Shown in pieces: positions 19,146 through 28,832 of a stretch of DNA of 64,000 bases. Both the position numbers and the translations under genes were made by a program. The stretch's first letter is position 1. Every line of letters starts with the position of its first letter. The notes beneath the pieces were generated by a model. The model saw nothing but the letters and a program-made list of their open reading frames with translations. It was not told the origin of the DNA and ran no database searches. Source of the stretch: an uncultured archaeon. GTDB lineage: Archaea; Thermoproteota; Nitrososphaeria; Nitrososphaerales; Gagatemarchaeaceae. The stretch lies in assembly GCA_963817525.1 (NCBI GenBank), contig CAWFOU010000007.1, forward strand, positions 608,001 through 672,000, written 5' to 3'.

Positions 19146-19705
19146 GACCTGCCGGTATCTGTAATCTCGTACACGTAAGGCTTGTTTCTGTCGTTCCTGA
19201 TCACGAGACCACGGTCAAAGAGGGCCTTTAGCATCCTCGCTGTGTGCTCCCTCGACCTTCCTACCTCCTCCTTGATTTGTGCTGACGTTCTTGGACCATC
19301 TACAAGGAAGCGGAGCACTCTCGTTTCGGTCTCTGTGCCCTCTGACAGTAGGATAGGAGACACAGGGGAATCGACGGGCCTTGGCATCTGAATAGGCGCT
19401 GGGGCCATAGTCGGGGCCGCGTTCGTGTGAGCCGACGGCATCAAACGAGGCTGTGGTACCTGATGTGGCGAAGCCAACTTCGACGACAAGACTTCTGTCT
19501 TAGCCATCAAGTCGATGATTCGAGCATCCACCACCAAGAACCTCGCGTTCGCCGAGTCCCACACGTCTTTTGCGAGCCTGGAAGACTTGTCTGCCTCTTC
19601 GACGAGTTTCTGATACCTGTATAGTAGAGTGGCCAGAATGACCACGGCTGCAACGATCACCGCTGCGGAGGCTGCTACCACATAATCGTCGAGCATCCGA
19701 GTCAC
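19130..19705 (-). CDS. Membrane-anchored wHTH protein (N-terminal TM, coiled coil, Pro-rich linker, C-terminal wHTH)
   Basis: VVAASAAVIVAAVVILATLL TM; GPRTSAQIKEEVGRSREHTARMLKALFDRGLV..PYVYEIT. Confidence 0.8.
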   Translation of the reverse strand: MTRMLDDYVVAASAAVIVAAVVILATLLYRYQKLVEEADKSSRLAKDVWDSANARFLVVDARIIDLMAKTEVLSSKLASPHQVPQPRLMPSAHTNAAPTMAPAPIQMPRPVDSPVSPILLSEGTETETRVLRFLVDGPRTSAQIKEEVGRSREHTARMLKALFDRGLVIRNDRNKPYVYEITDTGRSYVAS

Positions 19706-19757
19706 AGCCTATGTGATGCTACATGATATAAGCTTGAATGACATCATCGACGGCACA

Positions 19758-20123
19758 TCATAACATCACGATACGCTCGGCTAGGACGCGGACCAAGGCG
19801 ACAACTTCGGGCGCCTTTGTCGAATCAAGGTCCACCGGGACGGTCGAAACTGTCGCCACAAGCTTTTGGACGTCCTCCTGCTTCAAAAGGCCCAGTTGAA
19901 CTGCCGTAGCTACGGTCAAAAGCGACTCCACGATGTTCTCCCTAGCCTGGTGGAGTATACGGTAGTGGGTCCCGCGGCTTATACTAGAATTTTTACGTAT
20001 TCTTAATGCAACATCCATAGTAATCTCACCTTTTAGGAGCGTAAGATGTGTTTTTAGCGTCTCGACCTGCACTCTAGTCAGGGACGACAGATCAGACACC
20101 GACTCGGGAACTGTTTTCAACAC
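19758..20123 (-). CDS. Small helical hypothetical protein, possibly HTH-like
   Basis: SSLTRVQVE..ISRGTHYRILHQARENI; co-oriented with the TM-wHTH gene. Confidence 0.6.
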   Translation of the reverse strand: MLKTVPESVSDLSSLTRVQVETLKTHLTLLKGEITMDVALRIRKNSSISRGTHYRILHQARENIVESLLTVATAVQLGLLKQEDVQKLVATVSTVPVDLDSTKAPEVVALVRVLAERIVML

Positions 20124-20302
20124 AACCTAGTAATACAATAATGTATTATTCATTTTGGCCACGATTTAACATAAATACTAACTCCCAAAGATAAAAGATA
20201 CAATATCCTACAGTCCAAAGTCACTTTAGTAGAAATCTCTCATTACCAATCGTTCTGCGTTCAGAATAATATTTATGCAGGCTGCAACGAGCTTCGGATG
20301 AC

Positions 20303-20557
20303 ATGGGTAGAAGACGACGCAAAGTACTGAGACAGACTCACAAGAGCTTACCAAAGGTATTCAGCTGTCCTCGCTGCGGCGTGGTAGCAGTCCGCATCAC
20401 ATCACAGCTAGATGAAGCATCACAAGATTACGTGATGGTTGTTGCATGCGGCAACGCGAGCTGCCGACTACGAAGGGAGTTCAGATATCCTACCGAGCGG
20501 CCTGAAATCGACGTATACAACAGCTTCGTGGACGAATTCGTCAGAACCGGCGGCTAA
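20303..20557 (+). CDS. elf1: Transcription elongation factor Elf1
   Basis: MGRRRRK..LPKVFSCPRCG..C..C..IDVYNSFVD. Confidence 0.88.
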   Translation: MGRRRRKVLRQTHKSLPKVFSCPRCGVVAVRITSQLDEASQDYVMVVACGNASCRLRREFRYPTERPEIDVYNSFVDEFVRTGG

Positions 20558-20564
20558 ATCGACC

Positions 20565-21326
20565 TTGACAGGTCCCACCGAGGCGCGCCTCGCGTCTCGC
20601 AAAAGAGGCTCGACAGGCCTGGCCGCTCTCATAGATCCCGACAACTTTGACAAGAAGCAAGCCATCCTCGTGGCCGAGAGCGTGGAGAAGATGGGCTTCT
20701 CTTGCATCTTCATAGGAGGCTCTACATTAGGTGACCAAAATCACCTGGATGATGTGGTACTCGCCGTCAAGCAACATGTCACATGTCCTGTGATATTATT
20801 CCCCGGAAACATCACGGGTATATCACGTCACGCGGACGCGATTCTCTTCAGCTCCCTCCTCAACTCTACAAACACGTACTTCATCATCGGAGCCCAAGCC
20901 ATAGGCGCAATCCAGGTCAGCCGCCACAACTTGGAGGCGATTCCCATGGGATATCTCGTCTTCGGAGACGAGAGCACCACCAGTTTCATAGGGCAGGTGA
21001 GGCCCATACCTTATGGGAAGCCTGCAATCGCCGTGATGTACGCGCTAGCAGCTCAATACCTCGGGATGAGGGCCTTGTACCTCGAAGCTGGCAGCGGATC
21101 AAACCATCCGATGCCCGCCGAGCTCGTCAAGGCCGTGAGGAAGCACTTCAAAGGCCTACTGATAGTTGGGGGTGGGATAACCACTCCGAAGGTCGCCGCC
21201 ACGCTGGCCGAGGTGGGGGCGGACCTACTCGTGATCGGCAACCTGCTCGAGACCAAGGACTACCAGAACAAATTGTTACCGATAACCGCCGCCCTGAGGG
21301 ACAAGCTTAAGCGCAATCCCGCCTAA
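20565..21326 (+). CDS. Geranylgeranylglyceryl phosphate synthase (PcrB family)
   Basis: LIDPD, IGGS, LFPG, YLEAGSG, VGGGI. Confidence 0.92.
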   Translation: MTGPTEARLASRKRGSTGLAALIDPDNFDKKQAILVAESVEKMGFSCIFIGGSTLGDQNHLDDVVLAVKQHVTCPVILFPGNITGISRHADAILFSSLLNSTNTYFIIGAQAIGAIQVSRHNLEAIPMGYLVFGDESTTSFIGQVRPIPYGKPAIAVMYALAAQYLGMRALYLEAGSGSNHPMPAELVKAVRKHFKGLLIVGGGITTPKVAATLAEVGADLLVIGNLLETKDYQNKLLPITAALRDKLKRNPA

Positions 21327-21339
21327 CAACAGTATAGAG

Positions 21340-24300
21340 TTGCCGTTCAAGGCTAGCTCCGCCTGGGAGCATACCAAGAAGCTCACCATCTTCCCGGCCG
21401 AACTCGAGAGCTACTACGGCGGCATCCTCGACCAATACGAGTCGGCTTACAACACCGCCGAGGAAGCGAAGTCGAGGGGGCTCGATCCGAACGAAATCGT
21501 CGAATCAAAGACAGTCTTCGACCTCGCCGACCGTGTGAACGAGATGCTCGGGCTGTCCCAATTCGAAGGCCTGGCCGAGAGGCTACGCCACCTGCTCCAC
21601 ACCACCACCAAGGAGAGAGCGACGCTCACCATAGCCGAAGAGATCGCCCTCGGCAAGTTCGGCGCAATGAACATAGACCAGGCGCTCCAGTACGCGGTCA
21701 GGGCAGGGCTGGCGGTCATAACCGACGGAGTCACTGTGGCCCCGATACAGGGAGTCTCGACCGTCGTCATCAAGAAGAACGACGACAACAGCGACTACGC
21801 ATCGATATCCTACGCGGGGCCTATGCGATCCGCGGGAGGGACCGAGGCAGCCTTCTCGGTCCTCATCGCCGACGTGGTCGCGAAGAAGCTCGGCCTCTCG
21901 CCGTATAGGGCGAGGGAGGAGGAGATAGCGAGATACATCGAAGAACTCAGGGTTTACGAGCGCGAGGTCGGGAACTTCCAGTACCGCGTCTCGGACGCCG
22001 ACGTCCGAGTGGCGCTCTCGAACCTCCCCGTAGAAATCGACGGAGTCGAGACCGACCCGTACGAGGTCGTCGTGCACAGGAACCTGAAACGGGTCTCCAC
22101 GGACAGGGTCAGGGGAGGCGCACTCCGCGTGCTCAACGATGGGGTCATCGGCAGGGCGCACAAGCTCTCCAAGATTCTCAAGGAGCTCCAGCTGTCAGGA
22201 TGGGAGTGGCTCCCGGAGCTGAAAGGAGGGAAGCAGCAGTCGACAGGAGAGACCGAGAAGGTGGGGGCGCACTTCGAGGAGGTAATATCGGGCAGGCCTG
22301 TGATATCGTCACCCAACACCCGAGGGGGCCTTAGGATAAGGTATGGGAGGGCGATGAACACCGGGCTCTCCACAGTCGGCATCCATCCCGCCATCCCCGC
22401 GCTGCTCGACAATTGTGTGGTCGTCGGCACCCAGATGAAGGTGGACATCCCCGGCAAGGCCGCCACGATAGCGTTCGTCGACTCGATCGAGGGGCCCACG
22501 GTCAGGCTCAAAGACGGGTCCGTCCAGCGGGTGAACAGCATAGCCGAAGCAGAACGCCTTCACGACACCCTTGAAATCATCATCGATATGGGCGATGCCC
22601 TAATCAGCTATGGCGACTTCCTGGAGAACAACAAGACGCTCGGGCCTTCTCCTTACGTGACGGAGTGGTGGCTCCAAGAGCTAGAGGCAGCCGTCGCGGC
22701 CAAAGACGGGCTCGCAAAGGCGGAGTCTAGTACGAACCCCGACAGGCTGAAAGGCATCCTGGGCGGGACGACGCCTTCACCGATTGAGGCCATGGAAATC
22801 TCGAAGAAGTTCGGGATTCCCCTCCATCCTTCGTATACCCCACGCTTCGACAGGCTGTCTCCAGCAGAACTGCTAGAACTCAGGGGCTTCATCACCCGGT
22901 CGGGTCGTGATATAGAAGTTAACATCACATCACATCACATCGAGCGCGCCCTGCAACAACTCCTCGTCCCATATACGCGCAAGAACGACACCGCGATCAT
23001 CTTGGAAGAATGGGCTGCCGTGCTGGGAACTATGTTAGGCATCGGCGACACCCCTGACATGACGGATGCCTCCTCGTGGGGCCCCGAGATGACCCTCGAA
23101 CTGGTGCATCGGCTCTCCGGCATAAGGGTGGGGAGGCAGACGACGGGCACGGTCGGTATGAGGGTTGGGAGGCCAGAGAAGGCGATGCTCAGACACATGA
23201 AGCCACCCGTCCACGTCCTCTTCCCCGTCGGGGCCGCCGGCGGCAGCGCTAGGGACCTGCTCGCGGCGGCGAAGCACGGGAGCATGAAGGTGGACATGGT
23301 CAACATAATGTGCCCTTCGTGCGGGAAGCGCAAGCTGGCGAGCAGGTGCGACGGCTGCGGTGAAGCTACCGTGCGCTTCCTCTCGTGCCCTCGATGCAGC
23401 CAAATCATAAACGCTGAGGAGGGCCAGATTTGCCCCAAGTGCAGGGTCGAGGGGGTCACACACTCGAACTACAATCTCGACATCAAGAGCACCGTGGACG
23501 CCGTCCTCCGGAAGGTCCCTGACGTCGCGCACACGACCATCAAAGGAGTCCGCGGATTGTCGAGCGGCTCCAAGTATGCCGAGCCAATCGAGAAAGGCGC
23601 GCTCCGCAGCAAGCACCAGATCTACGTGTACAAGGACGGGACGGCTCGCGTAGACGTGACCAACGCCCCGCTGACACACTTCAGGCCCAGCAACATACAC
23701 ACAGACATTCCGACCCTGCGCTCGCTGGGGTACGAGTTCGACAAGGACGGCAAGCCTCTCGTCGACCATGACCAACTCGTCGCCCTAAAGCCACAGGACG
23801 TGGTGATCCCGGAGAACACCGCGCGAGACCTGGTGAGGGTGGCCGCCTTCGTAGACGACGAGCTCGAGACCGTCTACGGCCTGCCACGCTTCTACAACCT
23901 GAAGTCGGTGGACGACCTCAGAGGCAAGGTCGTCGTGGGGCTCGCGCCGCACACGTCGGTGGGCGTAGCCGCGCGAGTCATCGGGTTCTCCAACGCCCAG
24001 GTCTGCTTTGCCAACCCATGTTGGCACTCAGCCAAGAGGCGGGACTGCGACGGGGACGGCGACTCGGTTCTGCTCCTGCTAGACATCTTCCTCAACTTCT
24101 CCGTCGAATACATACCGACACAGATTGGCGGGCTGATGGACACCCCTCTCCTCATCCAGCCCATCATCCTCCCCGCGGAGGTCGACGACCAGGCCCACAA
24201 CTTCGACGTGGCGTGGAAATACCCTCCGTCCTTCTACGTGGCTACGGAGTCCTCGCCCAACGCCTCCAAGGTCTCCGGGCTAATCGCCACCATCCGAGAC

Positions 24301-24837
24301 AGGGTGAACCTGCAAGACCAGTTCTACAACTACGGCTTCACGCACGACACGAGCTCGATCACGATAAGAAGCTCCCGGAGCGCCTACTCGACCCTCAACA
24401 CGCTGTCTGACAAGATATCCAAGCAGATTGAGGTGGCCGAGAAGATTGAGGCCGTCTCCGCGAGGCAGGTCGTGGAGTCCATAATCAAGACCCACCTAAT
24501 CAGGGATATCATGGGGAACATGAAGAAGTACTCCACCCAGTCCTTCAAGTGCAGGGCGTGCAGCAGGACCTTGCGCAGGCCCACGGTCTCGGCGCGCTGC
24601 GAGGTCTGTGGCGGGGAACTCAGAGAGACGCTCACGAGGGGGTCGGTCGAGAAGTACCTCGCGATCGCGCGCAAGCTGGCCCACGACTACGACGTCGACG
24701 AGTACATCAAGGAGAGGCTCGATCTCCTGGTGAGGGAGATGGACCAGCTCTTCCCCAGCAGGGAGAGGAGCACGCAGTCAGAACTCGGTGATTTCCAAGA
24801 CCCCGAGCCCGACCTCGTCGTCGGGCGGCAGGCCTAG
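21340..24837 (+). CDS. polC: DNA polymerase D large subunit DP2
   Basis: YAGPMRSAGGT, RVGRPEK, YKDGTAR, HSAKRRDCDGDGD catalytic motif, Zn fingers; no intein evident. Confidence 0.96.
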   Translation: MPFKASSAWEHTKKLTIFPAELESYYGGILDQYESAYNTAEEAKSRGLDPNEIVESKTVFDLADRVNEMLGLSQFEGLAERLRHLLHTTTKERATLTIAEEIALGKFGAMNIDQALQYAVRAGLAVITDGVTVAPIQGVSTVVIKKNDDNSDYASISYAGPMRSAGGTEAAFSVLIADVVAKKLGLSPYRAREEEIARYIEELRVYEREVGNFQYRVSDADVRVALSNLPVEIDGVETDPYEVVVHRNLKRVSTDRVRGGALRVLNDGVIGRAHKLSKILKELQLSGWEWLPELKGGKQQSTGETEKVGAHFEEVISGRPVISSPNTRGGLRIRYGRAMNTGLSTVGIHPAIPALLDNCVVVGTQMKVDIPGKAATIAFVDSIEGPTVRLKDGSVQRVNSIAEAERLHDTLEIIIDMGDALISYGDFLENNKTLGPSPYVTEWWLQELEAAVAAKDGLAKAESSTNPDRLKGILGGTTPSPIEAMEISKKFGIPLHPSYTPRFDRLSPAELLELRGFITRSGRDIEVNITSHHIERALQQLLVPYTRKNDTAIILEEWAAVLGTMLGIGDTPDMTDASSWGPEMTLELVHRLSGIRVGRQTTGTVGMRVGRPEKAMLRHMKPPVHVLFPVGAAGGSARDLLAAAKHGSMKVDMVNIMCPSCGKRKLASRCDGCGEATVRFLSCPRCSQIINAEEGQICPKCRVEGVTHSNYNLDIKSTVDAVLRKVPDVAHTTIKGVRGLSSGSKYAEPIEKGALRSKHQIYVYKDGTARVDVTNAPLTHFRPSNIHTDIPTLRSLGYEFDKDGKPLVDHDQLVALKPQDVVIPENTARDLVRVAAFVDDELETVYGLPRFYNLKSVDDLRGKVVVGLAPHTSVGVAARVIGFSNAQVCFANPCWHSAKRRDCDGDGDSVLLLLDIFLNFSVEYIPTQIGGLMDTPLLIQPIILPAEVDDQAHNFDVAWKYPPSFYVATESSPNASKVSGLIATIRDRVNLQDQFYNYGFTHDTSSITIRSSRSAYSTLNTLSDKISKQIEVAEKIEAVSARQVVESIIKTHLIRDIMGNMKKYSTQSFKCRACSRTLRRPTVSARCEVCGGELRETLTRGSVEKYLAIARKLAHDYDVDEYIKERLDLLVREMDQLFPSRERSTQSELGDFQDPEPDLVVGRQA

Positions 24838-26126
24838 CGGTAGAAGTACGCCGGCGAGTTGTCGAAGGAGTACTTCACTCGTTGGTGGAGGCGGCGCAAG
24901 GCTCGCACACGCTTCTTCACCGAGTCGACCTTCTCCGTCGTGAGCGCCACGTGGAGAATCTCCGCGACCTCCTTCATTTCGCTCTTCCCCATGCCCAACC
25001 TTGTCAGCTCCGACACGCCCACCCTTATCCCGCCCGGGTTCGTGTAGTGCCTACCCGCCTGGAGGTCGCCTGGGAGCAGCTGCCTGTTGGCGATTATGTT
25101 CATGTTCTCGAGCTTCTTCTCGACCTGACCTCCGTCGCCGTATTTCGTGACGTCCAACGCCACCTGGTGAGACTGGGTGTACCCGTGGTTCTCCCCTAGC
25201 ACGGGCTCTCCCTTCGCTGCGAGGGCCCCGGCAAGGACCTGCGCGTTCACTGTGACCGCCTTCGCGTAACTAGGCCCGAACTTCAGGAACTCCACGAAGG
25301 TCAGGGCCTTCGCGGCCACATGGTGAAGGTGATGGTTGCTCGACGTCCCGGGAAAGACCGACTTCTTCAGCGCGTCGCCATACTGGGCCTTCGACACGAC
25401 CGTTCCTCCCTGCGGGCCGAAGAGCGTCTTATGCGTGCTGAAGCTCATGACGTGCGCGCCCTCGCCCAGCGGGTCCTGGAACCTCCCGCCGGCGATCAGC
25501 CCGGCCACATGCGCGGCGTCGTAGCACGGCGTGGCGCCGATCTCCTGCACGCTCTCGACCAACTCCTTGACGGGGTGCGGGAAAAGGAAGAGGCTCCCTC
25601 CGAACATCACTATCTTCACCTTCTTTCCGGCCGACTGGATCGACTTTAGCTTCTTCTTCGTCTGGTCCACGTCTATGTTCATGTTCTCCTTGTCGAAAAC
25701 AAAATACTCGATGTCGAGGCCGTGGACCAGCCCCGCAGTCCCCGAGAACTCCTTCTTCCCCGCCGATATGTGCCCCCCATTCGGGATCGACAGGGCCACC
25801 ATGGTGTCCCCCGGGTCCGACAACGCGGAATAGACGGCAAGGTTGGCGCAGGCCCCCGACACCGGCCGCACGTCAGCAAACTCGGCCTTGAACAAAGTCT
25901 TGGCCAGGCTAATCGCCTGCAGCTCGATTTGGTCTATGAACTTACAGCCGGCGTACACCCTCTCCCCCGGCCAGCCCTCCGCGTACCTGTGGCCTAGGTC
26001 GGAGGCTAGCACGTTTCTGACCGTGCGGGAGGCGACGTTCTCGCTTGCGACCAGCGGAAGACTCTCAGAGAACCACTTTTCGTGCTGTTTCACCAAGGAA
26101 ACCAGCTTCCCCTGTCGATTGTTCAC
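24834..26126 (-). CDS. glyA: Serine hydroxymethyltransferase
   Basis: LVASEN, YAEGWPGERVYAGC, GGHIS, DAAH, STHKTLFGPQGG. Confidence 0.95.
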   Translation of the reverse strand: MNNRQGKLVSLVKQHEKWFSESLPLVASENVASRTVRNVLASDLGHRYAEGWPGERVYAGCKFIDQIELQAISLAKTLFKAEFADVRPVSGACANLAVYSALSDPGDTMVALSIPNGGHISAGKKEFSGTAGLVHGLDIEYFVFDKENMNIDVDQTKKKLKSIQSAGKKVKIVMFGGSLFLFPHPVKELVESVQEIGATPCYDAAHVAGLIAGGRFQDPLGEGAHVMSFSTHKTLFGPQGGTVVSKAQYGDALKKSVFPGTSSNHHLHHVAAKALTFVEFLKFGPSYAKAVTVNAQVLAGALAAKGEPVLGENHGYTQSHQVALDVTKYGDGGQVEKKLENMNIIANRQLLPGDLQAGRHYTNPGGIRVGVSELTRLGMGKSEMKEVAEILHVALTTEKVDSVKKRVRALRRLHQRVKYSFDNSPAYFYR

Positions 26127-26236
26127 AATCGCCAAGGAATCCGAATCAGTAATTATTGTTTTGTGCTGTGGTTGGCGCAAAGCGGCTTTAACAACACATT
26201 TTAAAGGGTACCCGGCCAGCGAGGCGAGAAGAAAAG

Positions 26237-26443
26237 ATGAGCGGCAAGAACAAGCAGCTTCCAGCATCGAGCGCGGGGTTGCTCAGGTTCTTCGAGGACG
26301 AGACCGAGGGCGTGAAGATCAAGCCTGAGATTGTGCTCATAGCCACGACGGGGCTGATACTGACGTCCATAATCATAAACCAGGTATTCCCTGCTCCAGC
26401 GTCTTCGACCGCATCGGCCTTCCTCGCCCTATTATTCAGGTAG
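26237..26443 (+). CDS. secG: Sec61beta/SecG translocon subunit
   Basis: SSAGLLRFFEDE..KIKPE plus one TM helix. Confidence 0.9.
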   Translation: MSGKNKQLPASSAGLLRFFEDETEGVKIKPEIVLIATTGLILTSIIINQVFPAPASSTASAFLALLFR

Positions 26444-26449
26444 ATTCAT

Positions 26450-28201
26450 CTGTATGGCTCCGCAACTGAACAGCTAGCCCGCCGATACCGGCACCTGTTC
26501 GTCCTCCCCTCTTTCTCCGCCCTCGCCATTCTCCTAGCCGTCTCCAACGTCCTCCTCCTCGCCCCCTTGGTCGCGGTCGACGGGCTACCAGCACCCGTCG
26601 CATCGGGGATTTTCATCGTCATATTCGCCACCTCGGGTCTGGTGACCTATCTCATCAAGGCACTCGACCAAGACGCCGTGGTCTCCCTGAGAAGGATGTT
26701 CGGCCTCGCACTAGCCTCGAACATCCTCTGGACCGTCCCCCTAACGGTCGGCTCCGTGCTCTCCTGGATAGAGCACAACCATCAACCCAGCATCAACGAG
26801 TTCCTCGTCGGGACTTTCCTCGCGTGGGCCTTCGAGCTGCTGGTCATCAACGGCGCCTTCATACCCAGCACCGCCAAGAGCCTCTGCATAGCCGCAATAC
26901 AACCCCTCGCTACGTTTCTACTGGCATCCGCCTTCCTCGGGGTCGACTCAGGCACGACGTACGCAGCTGTCGCCGGGCTCGTTATCCTCGGAATCACCGT
27001 CGCCTTCTTGCTGAAGTTCAAGATGTTCAAGACCGAAGGCGCGGGGATAAACTCCCTGCAGACCTTCCAATCGTTCCTAAAGTCCTGGGTCTCCCACAAG
27101 CCAGGAGACCTCGAGAGGTACTTCACGTTGTATTCCCGTGACCAACCCGTCACCACGAAGGTAGTCTTAGCGACCGCGGCCGGGCGCACCGCGGTCGTGC
27201 TGCCAGGGGTCCACCCAGGTCCCTTCTATCCGGTGGGCAGCTACAACATATCCGAACTCATATTCCACGAACTCAACAGCGAGGGCATAATACCCATGGT
27301 CCTGCACGGTGTGGGAGGCCACGAGAGGAACCTCCCCACCAACGAGCTCGCGAAAAAATACGCGGCCGCCGTCGCCAGCGCGGTGACGTCCGGCTCCGGG
27401 GAGACCGTCGAGAGGATGAGAGGACCGAGCACGCTGCAGTTAGGCCCGACGCACTTGACAACCTTGGGGTTCGGAAGCCAGGTAGTGGCGTTCCTATCCA
27501 ACGCCCCGTACAACACCGACGACCTACCGCCGGGGATTATCGACGCGGCCGTCTCCGCGGCGACGGAGAGCGGGGTCGAGCTGATGTTAGTAGACGCGCA
27601 CAACTCCATTGGAGGAAATGACTGCGAACAGCCCAACGTAGACTGGAAGAAGGTCTTCGCCGACGTCAAGGCCAACCCCGAGGAGGAGTTCGAGGTCGGC
27701 ATGGCGCACTCCTCGGAGCTCCAGTTTGAGCACGGCTCCGACGTCAGCGACGGAGGGATCACTGCCCTCGTCTTCAGGAAGCAGAAATTAACACACGCCT
27801 TGATTAGCTCGGATTCGAACAACGCTGTCGTGGGCCTCAGGCAGATGGTGCTCGATGAGCTCAAGAAGGAAAACGTGAACCTGATCGACCTGTGCACGTC
27901 GGACACCCACAGCTCGGCCGCCAGGCAGCTGACCAACCGCGGATATCATGCCCTGGGGGAGGACACCGACCGGGCGGCCCTCGTCGCCGTCATCAAGAAC
28001 CTGGAGAAGCTCGCCGAAGAGCGGCTCTCCCCAGGGAGAGTGACTACGACCACTTTGCAACAGACGCTTCCGCTCATCGGCGACAAATCGTTGGACGACT
28101 TCGCCGCCCTGACGAAGGAGACGCTCAGCTTCACAAAGGCCTACGCGACGGGCGCGTTGGTCTCCACATTCCTCATATGCTCCGTCGCCCTCTTCCTTTG
28201 A
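26450..28201 (+). CDS. DUF2070 family membrane protein (start codon unclear)
   Basis: HPGPF, LHG..H, DAHN, DSNN, TSDTH motifs; frame extends upstream to RRYRHLFVLP without a canonical start. Confidence 0.85.
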   Translation: MYGSATEQLARRYRHLFVLPSFSALAILLAVSNVLLLAPLVAVDGLPAPVASGIFIVIFATSGLVTYLIKALDQDAVVSLRRMFGLALASNILWTVPLTVGSVLSWIEHNHQPSINEFLVGTFLAWAFELLVINGAFIPSTAKSLCIAAIQPLATFLLASAFLGVDSGTTYAAVAGLVILGITVAFLLKFKMFKTEGAGINSLQTFQSFLKSWVSHKPGDLERYFTLYSRDQPVTTKVVLATAAGRTAVVLPGVHPGPFYPVGSYNISELIFHELNSEGIIPMVLHGVGGHERNLPTNELAKKYAAAVASAVTSGSGETVERMRGPSTLQLGPTHLTTLGFGSQVVAFLSNAPYNTDDLPPGIIDAAVSAATESGVELMLVDAHNSIGGNDCEQPNVDWKKVFADVKANPEEEFEVGMAHSSELQFEHGSDVSDGGITALVFRKQKLTHALISSDSNNAVVGLRQMVLDELKKENVNLIDLCTSDTHSSAARQLTNRGYHALGEDTDRAALVAVIKNLEKLAEERLSPGRVTTTTLQQTLPLIGDKSLDDFAALTKETLSFTKAYATGALVSTFLICSVALFL

Positions 28202-28211
28202 GGGGCACAGG

Positions 28212-28832
28212 ATGAAGATCCCAGGCGGCTACATCGTTGCAATCGAGGGGATAGACGCGGTCGGCAAGAACACGCACAGCCTCCTCATCTCCGAGTGGCT
28301 GAAGAAGAAGGGCGTGGCGACCGCGCGCATCTCCTTCCCAGACTATGACACGCGAATCGGGAAGGAGATCAAGGCCTTCCTTTCCGGTAGAAGGACTTAC
28401 CCGAAGGAGCTTCAGCACCTCCTGTTCGCTGCGAACAGGTGGGAAAAGCTCGACGAGCTCGAGTCCCGCCTCCGGGCAGGCGAGGCCATAATCGTCAATA
28501 GATACTCCGAGTCAAACCTTGCGTATGGGGTCGCGAACGGGCTGGATGCCGGCTGGCTCGCCAACTTGGAGAAGGGCATACCAAAAGCCAATCTGGTGAT
28601 ACTCTTGGACGCGCCTCCACACTCTCTGACTTCTAGGAGGCCTACCGGCAAAAAAGACGTCTACGAAAAGAGCTCAACATTGCAGACCAAGGCCCAGAAG
28701 GCCTACAGAGAACTCGCACGCAGGCACGGCTGGAGCCTCGTCGACGCCAGCGGGACGGTAGAGGACGTGCAGGCCGCCATCGTCAAGACAACAAAGGCCG
28801 CGCTCGAGAGGGACAAGGGCGTCTCCATATGA
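28212..28832 (+). CDS. tmk: Thymidylate kinase
   Basis: IEGIDAVGKNT, FPDY, LLFAANRWE, NRY..SNLAYG. Confidence 0.92.
   Translation: MKIPGGYIVAIEGIDAVGKNTHSLLISEWLKKKGVATARISFPDYDTRIGKEIKAFLSGRRTYPKELQHLLFAANRWEKLDELESRLRAGEAIIVNRYSESNLAYGVANGLDAGWLANLEKGIPKANLVILLDAPPHSLTSRRPTGKKDVYEKSSTLQTKAQKAYRELARRHGWSLVDASGTVEDVQAAIVKTTKAALERDKGVSI

Noticed and set aside
21340-24837. Inteins in PolD DP2 (also checked Cdc6 and TopA)
   Set aside because: Lengths are normal and no intein motifs were seen.
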